DNA of 63,623 nt, filler included, from Sandaracinaceae bacterium (GTDB lineage Bacteria > Myxococcota_A > Polyangia > Polyangiales > JADJQN01), in NCBI GenBank assembly GCA_947483975.1. It is 6 parts of 6 records of this genome, joined end to end, with 100 filler letters (N's around TTAATTAATTAA, not from the genome) between each part and the next. Parts side by side here need not be neighbours in the genome. Positions count along the whole stretch, not along the records: positions 1 to 10,621 come from CANKOL010000166.1; positions 10,722 to 21,279 come from CANKOL010000168.1; 4 more parts are not named here. One strand, written 5' to 3'. A model generated the notes under the pieces. It was not told the origin of the DNA. It did no database searches and saw nothing but the letters and a program-made list of their open reading frames with translations. The translations under genes were made by a program, and so were the position numbers. This document shows positions 1 to 10,765 of the stretch, in pieces. Within the stretch, counting starts at the first letter, position 1, and every line of letters starts with the position of its first letter.

Positions 1-795
1 GCGACGGACTTCGCCGCGCGGAACGTGCAGTCCGGCGCCGACCTCGAGCAGGCGCGGGCCGACCTCGCGCGCCTCGAGCGCCTCGGCGCGTCGCAGCTGA
101 CGACGGTGCAGGCGGTCGAGCAGGCGCGCACGCGGGTCGCCGTCGCGCAGGCGCAGCGCGCGCTCTCTGGGCGGCAGGTCGCGGACACCACCGTGCGCGC
201 GCCCTTCCGCGGAGCGATCAGCCGCCGCTACGTCTCGCGCGGGGCGTACGCGCGCGTCGGGGCGCCGCTCTTCGACCTCGTCGCCGTCGAGGACCTGCGC
301 CTCGCGCTCGAGGTGCCTGAGCGCTACGCGCCCGAGGTCGGCCTCGGCGCGCTCGTGCGGGTGCGCCCCGACGGCACCGCCGCGCAGGACACCGTCGAGT
401 CACCGATCGTGCGCGTGTCGCCCGTGATCGACGCCGCGCGCCGCACCTTCCGCGTCGAGGCGAGCGTCAGCGCAGCGCACGGGCTCCGCCCCGGGATGTT
501 CGTCATCGCGTCCATCGTGCTCGGCGAGGCGGTCGACGCCGCGCGCGTGCCGCGGAGCGCGGTCTTCACCGTGCTCGGCGAGAGCCGCGTCGTGCGCGTC
601 GTCGAGGGCAAAGCCGAGCCCGTCGCGGTCGTGCTGCTCGGCGAGGACGGCGCCGACTCGATCGTGCAGGGGGTGTCCGCCTCAGACCTCGTCATCACGC
701 GCAGCGGCGCCTCGCTCGCCCCCGGCGCCGCGGTCCGCCTCGAGGGCGACGCCGCCCCCCGCGCCGAGCAGCCCGCCCGGAACCACGGCGGATGA
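1..795 (+). CDS. RND efflux periplasmic adaptor (membrane fusion protein), 5'-truncated
   Basis: Frame is open from base 1. VRAPFRGAI lipoyl-like half motif, SPVIDAARRTFRVEA and LRPGMF motifs. Stop overlaps the ATG of the RND permease (ATGA). Confidence 0.92.
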   Translation, partial: ATDFAARNVQSGADLEQARADLARLERLGASQLTTVQAVEQARTRVAVAQAQRALSGRQVADTTVRAPFRGAISRRYVSRGAYARVGAPLFDLVAVEDLRLALEVPERYAPEVGLGALVRVRPDGTAAQDTVESPIVRVSPVIDAARRTFRVEASVSAAHGLRPGMFVIASIVLGEAVDAARVPRSAVFTVLGESRVVRVVEGKAEPVAVVLLGEDGADSIVQGVSASDLVITRSGASLAPGAAVRLEGDAAPRAEQPARNHGG

Positions 796-3700
796 CGCTC
801 TCGGAGATCTGCGTACGGCGCCCGGTCTTCGCGACGATGCTCGTCTCGGCCTGCGTCGCCTTCGGCCTGCTCTCGTTCGGCAAGCTCGGCGTCGACCGCA
901 CGCCGAACGTCGACCTGCCCGTCGTCACGGTGACCACGGCGCTGCGCGGCGCGAGCCCCGAGGAGATCGAGACGCAGGTCACGAAGGTGATCGAGGACGC
1001 CGTCAGCACCTCCGAGGGCATCGACGAGCTGCGCTCGACCTCGCTCGAGGGGGTGTCGTCCGTCACGGTCAACTTCGTCCTCGATCGCAAGGGCGTCGAG
1101 GCCGTGCAGGACGTGCGCGACAAGGTCGCCGCGATCCTCCGAGAGCTGCCCGTCGGCACCGAGCCGCCGGTGATCACGCGCCGCGACACGAGCGCGAGCC
1201 CCGTGCTGACGCTGGTGCTCAGCGGGAACCGCGAGCTGCGCGAGCTGACGGATATCGCGGACAAGCGCGTGCTCGAGACGCTGCAAGGATTGTCGGGCGT
1301 CGGTGACATCCAGATCGTCGGCGGGCGCACGCGCGCCTTCGACATCGACCTCGACGCCGGGCAGCTGGCGGAGCTCGGGCTGACCGTCGCCGACGTGCGC
1401 AGCGCGATCCAGGCGCAGAACGTCGAGGTCCCCGGCGGGCGCCTCGAGAGCGCGGGGCGCGAGGAGGTCCTGCGCACCGTCGCGCGCGTGACGAGCGCGG
1501 ACGAGCTGCGCGCGATGGTGATCGCCGAGCGACAGGGCGCGCCCGTGACGCTCGGCGCCGTCGCCCGCGTGCGCGACGCCGAGGAGCAGCCGCGCTCGCT
1601 CTCGCGCCTCGACGGAGTGAACGCCGTCGCCCTCGTCGTGCAGAAGCAAGCGGGCACGAACACCGTCGCCGTCGTCGACACCGTCCTCGCGCGCGTCGCG
1701 ACGCTCGAGGTGGCGCTCCCCGACGATCTGCACATCCAGGTGGTGCGCGACGAGAGCACGTTCATCCGCCGCTCGATCCACGAGGTCGAGCTGCACCTCG
1801 TGCTCGGCGCGCTCCTCGCGAGCATCTGCGTGCTGCTCTTCATGGGCTCGCTGCGCTCGACGCTGATCGCCGCGCTCGCCATCCCGAGCTCGATCATCAC
1901 GACCTTCGCGGTGCTCCGCGCGCTCGACTACACGCTCAACAACTTCACGCTGCTCGCGCTGACGCTCGCCGTCGGCATCGTGATCGACGACGCCATCGTC
2001 GTGCTCGAGAACATCTATCGCCACATCGAGGAGGGCGAGGACCCGTTCACCGCGGCCATCCGCGGCACCAAGGAGATCACGCTCGCCGTCGTCGCGACGA
2101 CGCTCTCGCTGATCGTGATCTTCTTGCCGACGGCGTTCATGGAGGGGCGCGTCGGGCGCTTCTGGCAGAGCTTCGGCATCACGACGGCGTTCGCCATCGG
2201 CATCTCGCTGCTGATCGCGCTGACGCTGACGCCGATGCTCTGCTCGCGCTGGCTCTCCGCGAAGAAGCACGTCCCGGAGGGAACCAAGAAGAGCCTCGTC
2301 GCGCGCTTCAACGGGCTGCTCGATCGGGGCTACGGCGCGCTCGTCGGCTGGTCGCTGCGCTGGCGCTGGCTCGTCGTCCTCGTCGCCGTCGCCATCGTGG
2401 CCACGACGGTGCCGCTGTCGCAGCAGGTCGGCAAAGACTTCATGCCGCAGGACGACACGAACGAGTTCTCCGTCTCGATGACGATGCCCGAGGGCTCGGA
2501 CCTCGCGAGCGCGAGCACCGTCGCGACCGAGATCGAGCGCAAGCTCCGCACGCTGCGCGACGTCGAGCTGATCTGGACGCGCGTCGGCGCGCAGAGCGGC
2601 GGCGACGACGTCACGCAGGTCGAGATCTACGTGCGCATCGTCGCGCTCGAGAAGCGCGCCTACTCGCAGTTCGACGTCATGGACGACGCGCGCGCGATGC
2701 TCGCGCCGTACGCGGATCTGCGCCCTTCGGTGTCGAGCGTCGGCAGCGTCGGCGGTGGCGGGCACTCGCAGCTCTCGTTCTCGCTGCGCGGCCCGGACCT
2801 CGACCGCCTCAACGTCTACGCCGCGCGCCTGATGGAGCGGATGCGCGCGGACGCCGCGTTCGTCGACGTCGACTCGGGCGCGGCCGTCCGCAAGCCCGAG
2901 GTGCGCGTCTTGATCGACCGGCAGCGCGCCGCGGATCTCGGCATCCGCGCGGGCGAGGTCGCGACGGCGCTGCGCACGATGGTCGGCGGCGAGCCCGTCT
3001 CGAAGATCCGCGTCGGCGACGAGCAGTACGATGTCTGGCTGCGGTTGCAGCCCTCGGACCGCGACTCGATCGAGACGCTGCGCGGGCTCTCGCTCCGCGG
3101 GCGCGACGGCCTCGTGCGCCTCGACACGATCGGCACCTTCGAGCGCGATCGCAGCCCGGCGCAGATCACGCGCATGAACCGCGTGCGGCAGGTCGAGGTC
3201 GGCGCGAACCTCGCGGGCGTGCCGCTCGGCACCGCGGTCGAGCGCGTGAAGGCGCTCGTCGCGGACCTCGAGTTCCCGCCCGGCTACGAGATCGTGTTCG
3301 GCGGGCGCGCGAAGCTCTTCGACGAGACGCTGCGCAACCTGCTGACGGCGCTGATGCTCTCGCTCGTGTTCATGTACATGGTGCTCGCGGCGCAGTTCGA
3401 GAGCTTCCTGCACCCGATCACGATCCTGCTCGCGCTGCCGCTCTCGCTGCCGTTCGCGCTGCTGTCGCTGATCCTGATGAACGACACGCTCAACATCTAC
3501 TCGGCGTTCGGCGTGTTCATGCTCTTCGGCATCGTGAAGAAGAACGGCATCCTGCAGGTCGACTTCACCAATCAGCTGATCAAGCAGGGGATCGCCCGCA
3601 ACGAGGCGATCATCCGCGCGAACGTCACGCGCCTGCGCCCGATCCTGATGACGACGCTGACGCTGATCGCCGGCATGACGCCGATCGCGCTCGGGCGCGG

Positions 3701-3911
3701 GCCGGGCGCCGCGTCGCGCGCGAGCATGGCGAACGTGATCATCGGCGGGCAGGCGCTCTCGCTCCTGATCACGCTGCTGATCGTGCCCGTCGCGTACTCG
3801 CTCTTCGACGACGCCGGCAAGCTCGGCGGCAAGCTGCGCGCGCGCTTCGGCAAGAAGCCCGTCGAGGCGCCGAGCGAGGTCGAGGGCCCGGCGCCGGAGT
3901 CGGCCGAGTAG
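792..3911 (+). CDS. RND efflux permease, AcrB/AcrD/AcrF family
   Basis: 1039 aa. RRPVFATML start, GIVIDDAIVVLENI (TM4), GIVKKNGIL and RLRPILMTT motifs. Confidence 0.96.
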   Translation: MTLSEICVRRPVFATMLVSACVAFGLLSFGKLGVDRTPNVDLPVVTVTTALRGASPEEIETQVTKVIEDAVSTSEGIDELRSTSLEGVSSVTVNFVLDRKGVEAVQDVRDKVAAILRELPVGTEPPVITRRDTSASPVLTLVLSGNRELRELTDIADKRVLETLQGLSGVGDIQIVGGRTRAFDIDLDAGQLAELGLTVADVRSAIQAQNVEVPGGRLESAGREEVLRTVARVTSADELRAMVIAERQGAPVTLGAVARVRDAEEQPRSLSRLDGVNAVALVVQKQAGTNTVAVVDTVLARVATLEVALPDDLHIQVVRDESTFIRRSIHEVELHLVLGALLASICVLLFMGSLRSTLIAALAIPSSIITTFAVLRALDYTLNNFTLLALTLAVGIVIDDAIVVLENIYRHIEEGEDPFTAAIRGTKEITLAVVATTLSLIVIFLPTAFMEGRVGRFWQSFGITTAFAIGISLLIALTLTPMLCSRWLSAKKHVPEGTKKSLVARFNGLLDRGYGALVGWSLRWRWLVVLVAVAIVATTVPLSQQVGKDFMPQDDTNEFSVSMTMPEGSDLASASTVATEIERKLRTLRDVELIWTRVGAQSGGDDVTQVEIYVRIVALEKRAYSQFDVMDDARAMLAPYADLRPSVSSVGSVGGGGHSQLSFSLRGPDLDRLNVYAARLMERMRADAAFVDVDSGAAVRKPEVRVLIDRQRAADLGIRAGEVATALRTMVGGEPVSKIRVGDEQYDVWLRLQPSDRDSIETLRGLSLRGRDGLVRLDTIGTFERDRSPAQITRMNRVRQVEVGANLAGVPLGTAVERVKALVADLEFPPGYEIVFGGRAKLFDETLRNLLTALMLSLVFMYMVLAAQFESFLHPITILLALPLSLPFALLSLILMNDTLNIYSAFGVFMLFGIVKKNGILQVDFTNQLIKQGIARNEAIIRANVTRLRPILMTTLTLIAGMTPIALGRGPGAASRASMANVIIGGQALSLLITLLIVPVAYSLFDDAGKLGGKLRARFGKKPVEAPSEVEGPAPESAE

Positions 3912-3960
3912 CGAAACGCCCGGGATTTGGTGGGGTTGCGCACCGCGTCATCGGAGCGTC

Positions 3961-5373
3961 ATGCTCTTCCCCATGCCGCCGCTCGACGCCCCGCACACCG
4001 ACGTCTCGACGATCCCCGCGCTCGCCGCCGACGTACGCCGCACGTTCGAATCGGGGCTGACGCGGCCCATCGCGTGGAGGCGGCTGCAGCTCCAGCGACT
4101 CCACGCGCTGCTCACCGAGCGCGAGAAGGACCTCCTCGACGCGCTCGAGGCGGACTTCCAGAAGCCGCGCTTCGAGGGCTGGGCGACCGAGGCGGGCTTC
4201 ACCGCGACCGATGTGCGGCACACGCTCTCGCAGCTCAGCAAGTGGATGCGCCCCGAGCGCGTGCGCACGAACCTCGCGAACCTGCCGGGCAGCAGCCGCA
4301 TCCTCCGCGAGCCGCTCGGCTGCGTGCTGATCATCGCGCCGTGGAACTACCCGATCCAGCTCGTGCTCTCGCCCCTCGCCGCAGCGCTCGCCGCGGGCAA
4401 CTGCGCGGTGCTCAAGCCGTCGGAGCTGACGCCCGCGTGCGCGACGCTGCTCGCGAAGCTCGTGCCCGAGTACCTCGATCGCGAGGCGGTGCGCGTCGTC
4501 GGCGGCGCGGTCGAGGAGACGACGGCGCTGCTGCGTGAGCGCTGGGATCACATCTTCTTCACGGGCGGCGGCGCGGTCGGGCGCGTCGTGATGGAGGCCG
4601 CCGCCAAGCACCTGACGCCGGTGACGCTCGAGCTAGGCGGCAAGAGCCCGTGCATCGTCGACGCGGACGCCGACCTCGTCACCGCCGCGCACCGCATCGC
4701 GTGGGCGAAGTTCCTCAACGCGGGGCAGACCTGCGTCGCGCCCGACTACGTGCTCGTGCACAAGTCGGTCGAGAGCGCGCTGCTCGACGAGCTGAAGAAG
4801 GTCGTCACCGAGTACTACGGCGCCGACCCGCAGAAGAGCCCCGACTTCGCGCGCATCGTCAACACGCGCCATCACGCGCGGCTCGTCGGGCTGCTCGGCG
4901 ACGGCGAGGCGGTCGTCGGCGGGCAGCACGACGCGGCGACGCGCTACCTCGCGCCGACGGTGCTGACGAAGGTGAAGCTCGACGGCAAGCTGATGGGCGA
5001 CGAGATCTTCGGGCCGATCCTGCCCGTGCTCGCCGTCGACAGCGTCAGCGAGGCGATCCGCTTCGTGCGCGCCCGCGAGAAGCCGCTCGCGCTCTACGTC
5101 TACTCGCGCAGCCAAGACACGGTCGACGAGGTCCTCGCCGGCACGAGCTCCGGCGGCGTCTGCGTCAACGACTGCATCATGCACCTGACCGTGCCCGACC
5201 TACCCTTCGGCGGCGTCGGCCCGAGCGGCATGGGCGCGTACCACGGCAAGGCGGGCTTCGACTGCTTCAGCCATCGCAAGTCGGTGCTCGACAAGTCCAC
5301 GATGGTGGACCCGCCGCTCCGCTATCCGCCCTACAGCGCCGACCGCGAGAGGTGGGCGCGGCGCTTGCTGTAG
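3961..5373 (+). CDS. Aldehyde dehydrogenase, ALDH3-like (start may be 3973)
   Basis: IIAPWNYP, LKPSE, LELGGKSP, GQTCVAPDY, EIFGPILP and PFGGVGPSGMG motifs. Confidence 0.95.
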   Translation: MLFPMPPLDAPHTDVSTIPALAADVRRTFESGLTRPIAWRRLQLQRLHALLTEREKDLLDALEADFQKPRFEGWATEAGFTATDVRHTLSQLSKWMRPERVRTNLANLPGSSRILREPLGCVLIIAPWNYPIQLVLSPLAAALAAGNCAVLKPSELTPACATLLAKLVPEYLDREAVRVVGGAVEETTALLRERWDHIFFTGGGAVGRVVMEAAAKHLTPVTLELGGKSPCIVDADADLVTAAHRIAWAKFLNAGQTCVAPDYVLVHKSVESALLDELKKVVTEYYGADPQKSPDFARIVNTRHHARLVGLLGDGEAVVGGQHDAATRYLAPTVLTKVKLDGKLMGDEIFGPILPVLAVDSVSEAIRFVRAREKPLALYVYSRSQDTVDEVLAGTSSGGVCVNDCIMHLTVPDLPFGGVGPSGMGAYHGKAGFDCFSHRKSVLDKSTMVDPPLRYPPYSADRERWARRLL

Positions 5374-5418
5374 CGCGCCGCGCGCCGGGAACGTTCACCC
5401 GGCGCGCTCGCGGTCCGC

Positions 5419-7413
5419 TCAGAGCGTGAGATACGTCTGCTCTTTGAGCCCGCGCGCGTAGTCGGCGAGCAGGCGCATGCCCTCGGTGGGCTTGAGCTTG
5501 TCCTGCTTGATCGCCTGATCGACCTGCGCCTTCAGCTTCGCGGCGAGGTCCTTGGCGTCGTACTGCGTCATCTGGAGCACGTCCGCGACGGTGTTCCCGG
5601 CGATCGTCTCCTCGATGTAGTAGCCGCACTCCTCGTCGTCATCGAGGAAGACGTGCACCTCGTTCACGCGCCCGAAGAGGTTGTGCAGGTCACCCATGAT
5701 GTCTTGGTAGGCGCCGGTGAGGAACACGCCGAGGTAGTACGGCTGCCCCTCCGTGACGGGGTGCAGCTGCAGCGTGTCGCGCGTGTCGTTGAGGTCGATG
5801 AACTTCGACACCTTGCCGTCGGAGTCGCAGGTGATGTCGACGAGCGTCGCGGGCTGCGTGGGGCGCTCGTTGAGGCGGTGGATCGGCACGATCGGGAAGA
5901 GCGCGCCGAGCGCCCAGTGATCGAGCAGCGACTGGAACACCGAGAAGTTGCAGATGTATTGGTCGGCGAGCTGCTTCTTCAGGTCGTCGAAGCCGTCGGG
6001 CACCTCGCTCGGCTCGAGCGTGCTCGCCATGTGGTGGATGCGCTCGGCGACCTCCCAAAACAGCTCCTCGACGCGCGCCTTCACGGGGAGGTCGAGGATG
6101 CCGAGCTCGAAGGACGTCTGCGACTGCTCCTTCGCCTCGATGATGTCGTGCCAGCTCTCGCCGAGGTTCGACGTCTTCAGGTTCTGCAGCGTGTAGATCA
6201 GCGACTGCACGAGCTTGTGATCGTCGGCGCCGAGCTCGTAGCGCGTCTCGGGCGTCTTCTCGATCGCGCCGAGCGCCTCGACGACGAGCACGCTGTGGTG
6301 CGCGACGATGGCGCGCCCGGACTCGCTGATGATGTGCGGGTGCGGGATGCGCTCCTCGTCGCAGACGTCCGCGATGTGGTGCACGACGTCGCGCGCGTAC
6401 TCCTCGACGCTGTAGTTCATCGACGAGTGATCGGTGCTCTTCGAGCCGTCGTAGTCGATCGCGAGCCCGCCGCCGACGTCGAGGTACTCGATCGGGTAGC
6501 CCGCGCGCCGCAGCTTCGCGTAGTGCCGCGCCGCCTCACGCACCGCGCGCTTGAGGATGAGGATGTCCGGCACCTGCGAGCCGATGTGGAAGTGGATCAG
6601 CTTGAAGGCGGCGAGCATGCCCGCCTCCTTCATGATCTCGGCCGCCTGCAGGATCTCCGTCGTCGAGAGACCGAACTTCGCGCTCTCGCCGCCCGACTCG
6701 GCCCACTTGCCCGCGCCGCGCGTCATCAGGCGCACGCGCAGCCCGATCATCGGCTCGACGCCGAGCTCCTTCGCGAGGCGGCAGATCGCGCGCACCTCGC
6801 TGAGCTTCTCCGCGATCAGCACGACCTTCTTGCCGAGCTTCCGACCGAGGAGCGCCGTGCGGATGTACGCGTCGTCCTTGTAGCCGTTGCAGACGATCAG
6901 CGACTCGTTGTCGGTGTGCACCGCGAGCGCGGCGAAGATCTCGGGCTTGCTGCCGACCTCGACGCCGTAGTGAAACTTGAGGCCCGCCTCGAGGATCTCC
7001 TGCACGACCTCGCGCAGCTGATTGACCTTGATCGGGAACACGCCGCGATAGGTGCCGCGATAGCGCTCCTCGACGATGGCGGCGTTGAACGCGTCGTTCA
7101 GCGTCTTGACGCGGTGGTGCAGGATGTCCTGAAAGCGCAGGAGCATCGGCGTGCGCAGGCCCTCGTCCTTCATCGCCGCCTGGACGACGTCGTAGATGGA
7201 GATCTTGCGCCCGCGCTCCTTCAGCGGCGCGACCTGCATCGAGCCGTCGGCGCCGACCTCGAAGTAGCCCGAGCCCCAGCGGTCGATCAGGTAAAGCTCG
7301 TTGGCGTCTTCTGTGGTCCACGGCGGCTCGCTCGAAGCGGGCGCGGTCGGGCTCGGGGTGCGCGTGGTGCCGTCCACGTCGTTGCTCGGCGAAGTCGGGC
7401 CTGATGCTTCCAC
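5419..7413 (-). CDS. speA: Biosynthetic arginine decarboxylase
   Basis: FPIKVNQ (PLP lysine), CNGYKD, HFHIGSQ, DVGGGL, ESGRA, DITCDSDG and GAYQDIMGDLHNLFG motifs. Confidence 0.95.
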   Translation of the reverse strand: MEASGPTSPSNDVDGTTRTPSPTAPASSEPPWTTEDANELYLIDRWGSGYFEVGADGSMQVAPLKERGRKISIYDVVQAAMKDEGLRTPMLLRFQDILHHRVKTLNDAFNAAIVEERYRGTYRGVFPIKVNQLREVVQEILEAGLKFHYGVEVGSKPEIFAALAVHTDNESLIVCNGYKDDAYIRTALLGRKLGKKVVLIAEKLSEVRAICRLAKELGVEPMIGLRVRLMTRGAGKWAESGGESAKFGLSTTEILQAAEIMKEAGMLAAFKLIHFHIGSQVPDILILKRAVREAARHYAKLRRAGYPIEYLDVGGGLAIDYDGSKSTDHSSMNYSVEEYARDVVHHIADVCDEERIPHPHIISESGRAIVAHHSVLVVEALGAIEKTPETRYELGADDHKLVQSLIYTLQNLKTSNLGESWHDIIEAKEQSQTSFELGILDLPVKARVEELFWEVAERIHHMASTLEPSEVPDGFDDLKKQLADQYICNFSVFQSLLDHWALGALFPIVPIHRLNERPTQPATLVDITCDSDGKVSKFIDLNDTRDTLQLHPVTEGQPYYLGVFLTGAYQDIMGDLHNLFGRVNEVHVFLDDDEECGYYIEETIAGNTVADVLQMTQYDAKDLAAKLKAQVDQAIKQDKLKPTEGMRLLADYARGLKEQTYLTL

Positions 7414-7566
7414 TGCGATCTCCGTGCGCGCGGGACGAAATGCGCCGCGCGAAGTGCGCGATTATGCGGGAACGCGCAGGGCGTTCAATGGAGAAGCGCG
7501 CCGCGGCTGCGTGACGGGCGCGCGACGTTCTCGACGCAGGAGTGTGACGGGCGCATTGTCTGCCGC

Positions 7567-8244
7567 GTGGGTGGCCCTTCGATCGACGCTGAGCTCGTGC
7601 GCACCGCGCTCGGCGGACCGGGAACGGTGCTCGACACCGCGTGGATCTCGGCGGCTGCGCCAGCGCCCGCGGCGGTGCTCCTCGCGCTGCGCCTCGAGCT
7701 CGCCGCGCCGACCGTCGTCGCGATGCTGCGCGCGGGCAACCTGCGCGATCACTCGAACGAGGTCGCGTTCCCGGGCGGCAAGCCCGAGGTGGGCGACGCG
7801 TCGCTGCTCGCGACGGCGCTCCGCGAGAGCCGCGAAGAGGTCGGGCTCGGCGGCGACGACGTCGAGTTCCTCGGCACGCTGAGCGCGGTGCCGGTGATCA
7901 CGGGCAAGTACCTGATTCACCCGCACGTCGCGGTCGTGCACGCGGGGCGCACGCCGCACCTCGGCTCAGCGCAGGAGGTCGCGCGCGTGCTCGAGGTGCC
8001 GCTGACCGACTGGCTGACGGGCGAGCGACAGTGGGAGGCGGTCAAGCTGCCGTGGCGCGGCACGGAGCTGCTGATGCCGCACTTCCCGCTCGGCGACGTG
8101 ACGCTCTTCGGCGCGAGCGCGTTCATCTTCCACGACCTCTTGCGGCGCCTCGCGCTGACGCTCGGTCAGGCGCTGCCTGAGCCCGTGCTCCGGGAGACGT
8201 ATCCGTGGGGCGACCGCTACGCCAAGCACCGCGGAGGGCCCTGA
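7567..8244 (+). CDS. Nudix hydrolase, CoA pyrophosphatase (NudL-like)
   Basis: LRDHSNEVAFPGG followed by the Nudix box ALRESREEVG. Confidence 0.85.
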   Translation: MGGPSIDAELVRTALGGPGTVLDTAWISAAAPAPAAVLLALRLELAAPTVVAMLRAGNLRDHSNEVAFPGGKPEVGDASLLATALRESREEVGLGGDDVEFLGTLSAVPVITGKYLIHPHVAVVHAGRTPHLGSAQEVARVLEVPLTDWLTGERQWEAVKLPWRGTELLMPHFPLGDVTLFGASAFIFHDLLRRLALTLGQALPEPVLRETYPWGDRYAKHRGGP

Positions 8245-8245
8245 G

Positions 8246-9250
8246 ATGGCGGCGATCGACTCCCACGCGCGCGCGACCGCCGCGCCGCTCCCGACGTGGT
8301 CCATCTGGGGCTTCGCGTTCGGCTACTTCGCCGCCTATGCGCCGTACGCCGCGCTGACGAAGCACCTCTCGACGGGCGGCACCGACGGGCTCTCGCTCTT
8401 GCCGGTGTCGACGCTCGCGTCCGTCGCGACGATGCTCGTCTACGTCTTCGCGACGGGGCTGCACAGGCACGCGCGCCGCGTGACGCTGTTCGGGCGGCGG
8501 GTGCCGATGCCGGGACCCTGGACGGCGCTCTCTGGGCTCGCGAGCGCGGCGATCGTGATGACGACGACGCTCGCCTACACGTTCGAGGGCGTGAGCATCG
8601 TCTTCATGATGCTGTTGCTGCGCGGCGGCGTGCTCGTGATCGCGCCGCTCGTCGACGCGATCACCGGGCGCTCGGTGCGCTGGCAGTCGTGGGTCGGGCT
8701 GGTGCTCTCGCTCGCGGCGCTCGTCGTCGCGTTCCTCGCGCGCGCGTCGTTCGAGCTGACGCTGCTCGCGGCGCTCGACGTCGGCGTCTACCTGCTCGCG
8801 TACCTGATCCGACTGCGCTTCATGAGCCGCCTCGCGAAGTCCGACGACAGCAACGTCACGCTCCGCTACTTCGTCGAGGAGCAGCTCGTGACGACCCCGG
8901 CGGCGGTCCTCTTTCTATCGATCTTCGCGCTCTTTCCGGGGACGGTGGGGGACCAGCTTCGCGCGGGCTTCGCGATGCTCGCGGGCGGTCCGCACCTCGG
9001 GCTGACGCTCCTGATCGGCGTGCTCTCGGCGGGCACGGGCGTCTTCGGCGGGCTCGTGCTGCTCGACCCGCGCGAGACGACGTTCACCGTGCCCGTCAAC
9101 CGCGCGTCGTCGATCCTCGCGGGCGTGGTCGCCTCGACGTCCCTCGCGCTCTTGAGCGGCGCGAAGCCGCCGGGCGTCCCCGAGCTGACCGGCGCGGGGC
9201 TGCTCGTCGCGGCGATCGTCGTGCTCGCCGTCGGCGGCAAGAAGCCGTAG
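8246..9250 (+). CDS. Multi-pass membrane protein, possibly DMT/EamA-like fold
   Basis: About 10 hydrophobic segments. GGAGG upstream; starts 1 nt after the Nudix stop. Confidence 0.65.
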   Translation: MAAIDSHARATAAPLPTWSIWGFAFGYFAAYAPYAALTKHLSTGGTDGLSLLPVSTLASVATMLVYVFATGLHRHARRVTLFGRRVPMPGPWTALSGLASAAIVMTTTLAYTFEGVSIVFMMLLLRGGVLVIAPLVDAITGRSVRWQSWVGLVLSLAALVVAFLARASFELTLLAALDVGVYLLAYLIRLRFMSRLAKSDDSNVTLRYFVEEQLVTTPAAVLFLSIFALFPGTVGDQLRAGFAMLAGGPHLGLTLLIGVLSAGTGVFGGLVLLDPRETTFTVPVNRASSILAGVVASTSLALLSGAKPPGVPELTGAGLLVAAIVVLAVGGKKP

Positions 9251-9254
9251 CGGG

Positions 9255-10621
9255 TCAGTGGTGGCGCGCGCCCGCGAGGTACGCGGCGAGCGAGCACTGC
9301 AGGCCGAAGTGGTCGGCGTCGCGGAGGTGCGCGAGGTCCGGGGCGAACAGGCGCTGCGCGCGCGCCGAGTCGAGGAGCGCGACGTGGAAGCCCCAGTGGC
9401 TGCGCGGCGGCTCGAGGAGCAGCGGCAGGTGCTCGCGGAGCACGCCGACGGCGCTCGGCGCAGAGAGCGCGTGCGCGACGGTGCGGCGGAGGTCCTCGCC
9501 CGTCTCCGGGCTCGCGAGGAGCGCCCGCGCGAGGGCGTGCCACTCGGCGGGCGGGCTGAGCGCGACGAAGCTCTCGAAGGCTTCGCTCGGGCGCTCGCCG
9601 CGCTCGAGGCGGGCGCGCACCCGCGCCGCGAGCGGGGCGTCCTGCCCGAGCTCGCGGGCGTAGTAGCTCGCGGCTGCCGCGACGGCGCGGCTCGGGTCGT
9701 CGAGCAATTCGAGCATCCGCCCGGGGTCCTGCCACGCGACGAAGGCGACCGGCGCGTGGGCGCGCACGGACGGATCCGGCCACGCGAGCAGCGCATCCCC
9801 GAGCGCCGAGCGCACGCCGGGATGGACGGCGGACCAGTCGCAGCGCGCGAGCTCGTCGTCGAGCGGGCGAAACGGCTGATCGGTGTCGCCGAAGCGCGCG
9901 CAGAACGCCTCGACCGACTCAGTCCAGCGATACGGGCGACGGGGCGCCGAGAGGGGCGCGTCGAGCTCGGGCTCCGCGCCCGCGTCGACGTCCTCGACGA
10001 GGTCGGAGATGAGCGACCAGATGGGCTCGAGCCACTCGCGCAGGTGCGCGCGCGACTCGTCCGTGTGCTGGGCGAGGCGCGTCGCGAAGACGCCCGCGAC
10101 GCCCTCGAGGATCTCTGCCGCGCGCTCGCGCAGCGCGTCGTTCGAGGTGCGCTCGTAGAACGCGGCGACGCCGAGCAGCATCTCGCGCGAGTCGTCGTAC
10201 CAGGCGAGCGTCTCCAGCGCCTCGGCGGCGAGCTCCGCGCTGGGGTCATCGAGCAGCGCGAGCAGCGGCGCGATTGCGGCGGTCGGCTCGGTGAAGAGCA
10301 CCGCCTCGATCGCCGCGCGGCGCACGCGCGCGTCGGGGTGCGAGAGCGCGCCGACGGCGTGCGCGATGAAGCGCGGATGATCGAAGCCGCCCGCGAGCGT
10401 CTCGATCGCCTCGGGGTACGCGCGGTGCGCCGGGTCCGCGAGCACGCCGAGCACGACCGACTCGTGCTCGCGCCCCATGTGCAGCAGCGCGAGGCGCTCG
10501 AGCGTCGGGTCCTCGCGGCGCGCCCACCAAGCGTCGACGCCGTCGAGCGGCGCGTGCTGCCCCGTCGCGAACACCGACGCCGCGGCCTCGCGCACGCGCA
10601 CGTCGAGGCGGACGTCCTCGA
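9255..10621 (-). CDS. HEAT-repeat protein, 5'-truncated at contig end
   Basis: Repeated L-x-x-P-D-x-x-V-R and LLDDPS helical motifs. Confidence 0.7.
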
Positions 10622-10721
10622 NNNNNNNNNNNNNNNNNNNNNNNNNNNNNNNNNNNNNNNNNNNNTTAATTAATTAANNNNNNNNNNNNNNNNNNNNNNN
10701 NNNNNNNNNNNNNNNNNNNNN
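10622..10721. other. Artificial contig linker (N44-TTAATTAATTAA-N44)
   Basis: 100-bp spacer carrying TAA stop codons on both strands, repeated five times in the window. Confidence 0.99.
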
Positions 10722-10765
10722 GCCCGCGCGCCGCGGCGGAACAGGCTGAGAGCTCACCTCATCCA

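Noticed and set aside
324..3413. 1029-aa antisense ORF and many similar long shadow ORFs (e.g. 5653-7404, 36646-38682, 48442-50334)
   Set aside because: These are stop-poor alternative frames of real genes in very high-GC DNA, Arg/Ala-rich and without family motifs.
10666..10677. TTAATTAATTAA AT-rich palindrome repeated five times
   Set aside because: Synthetic linker inside N runs.
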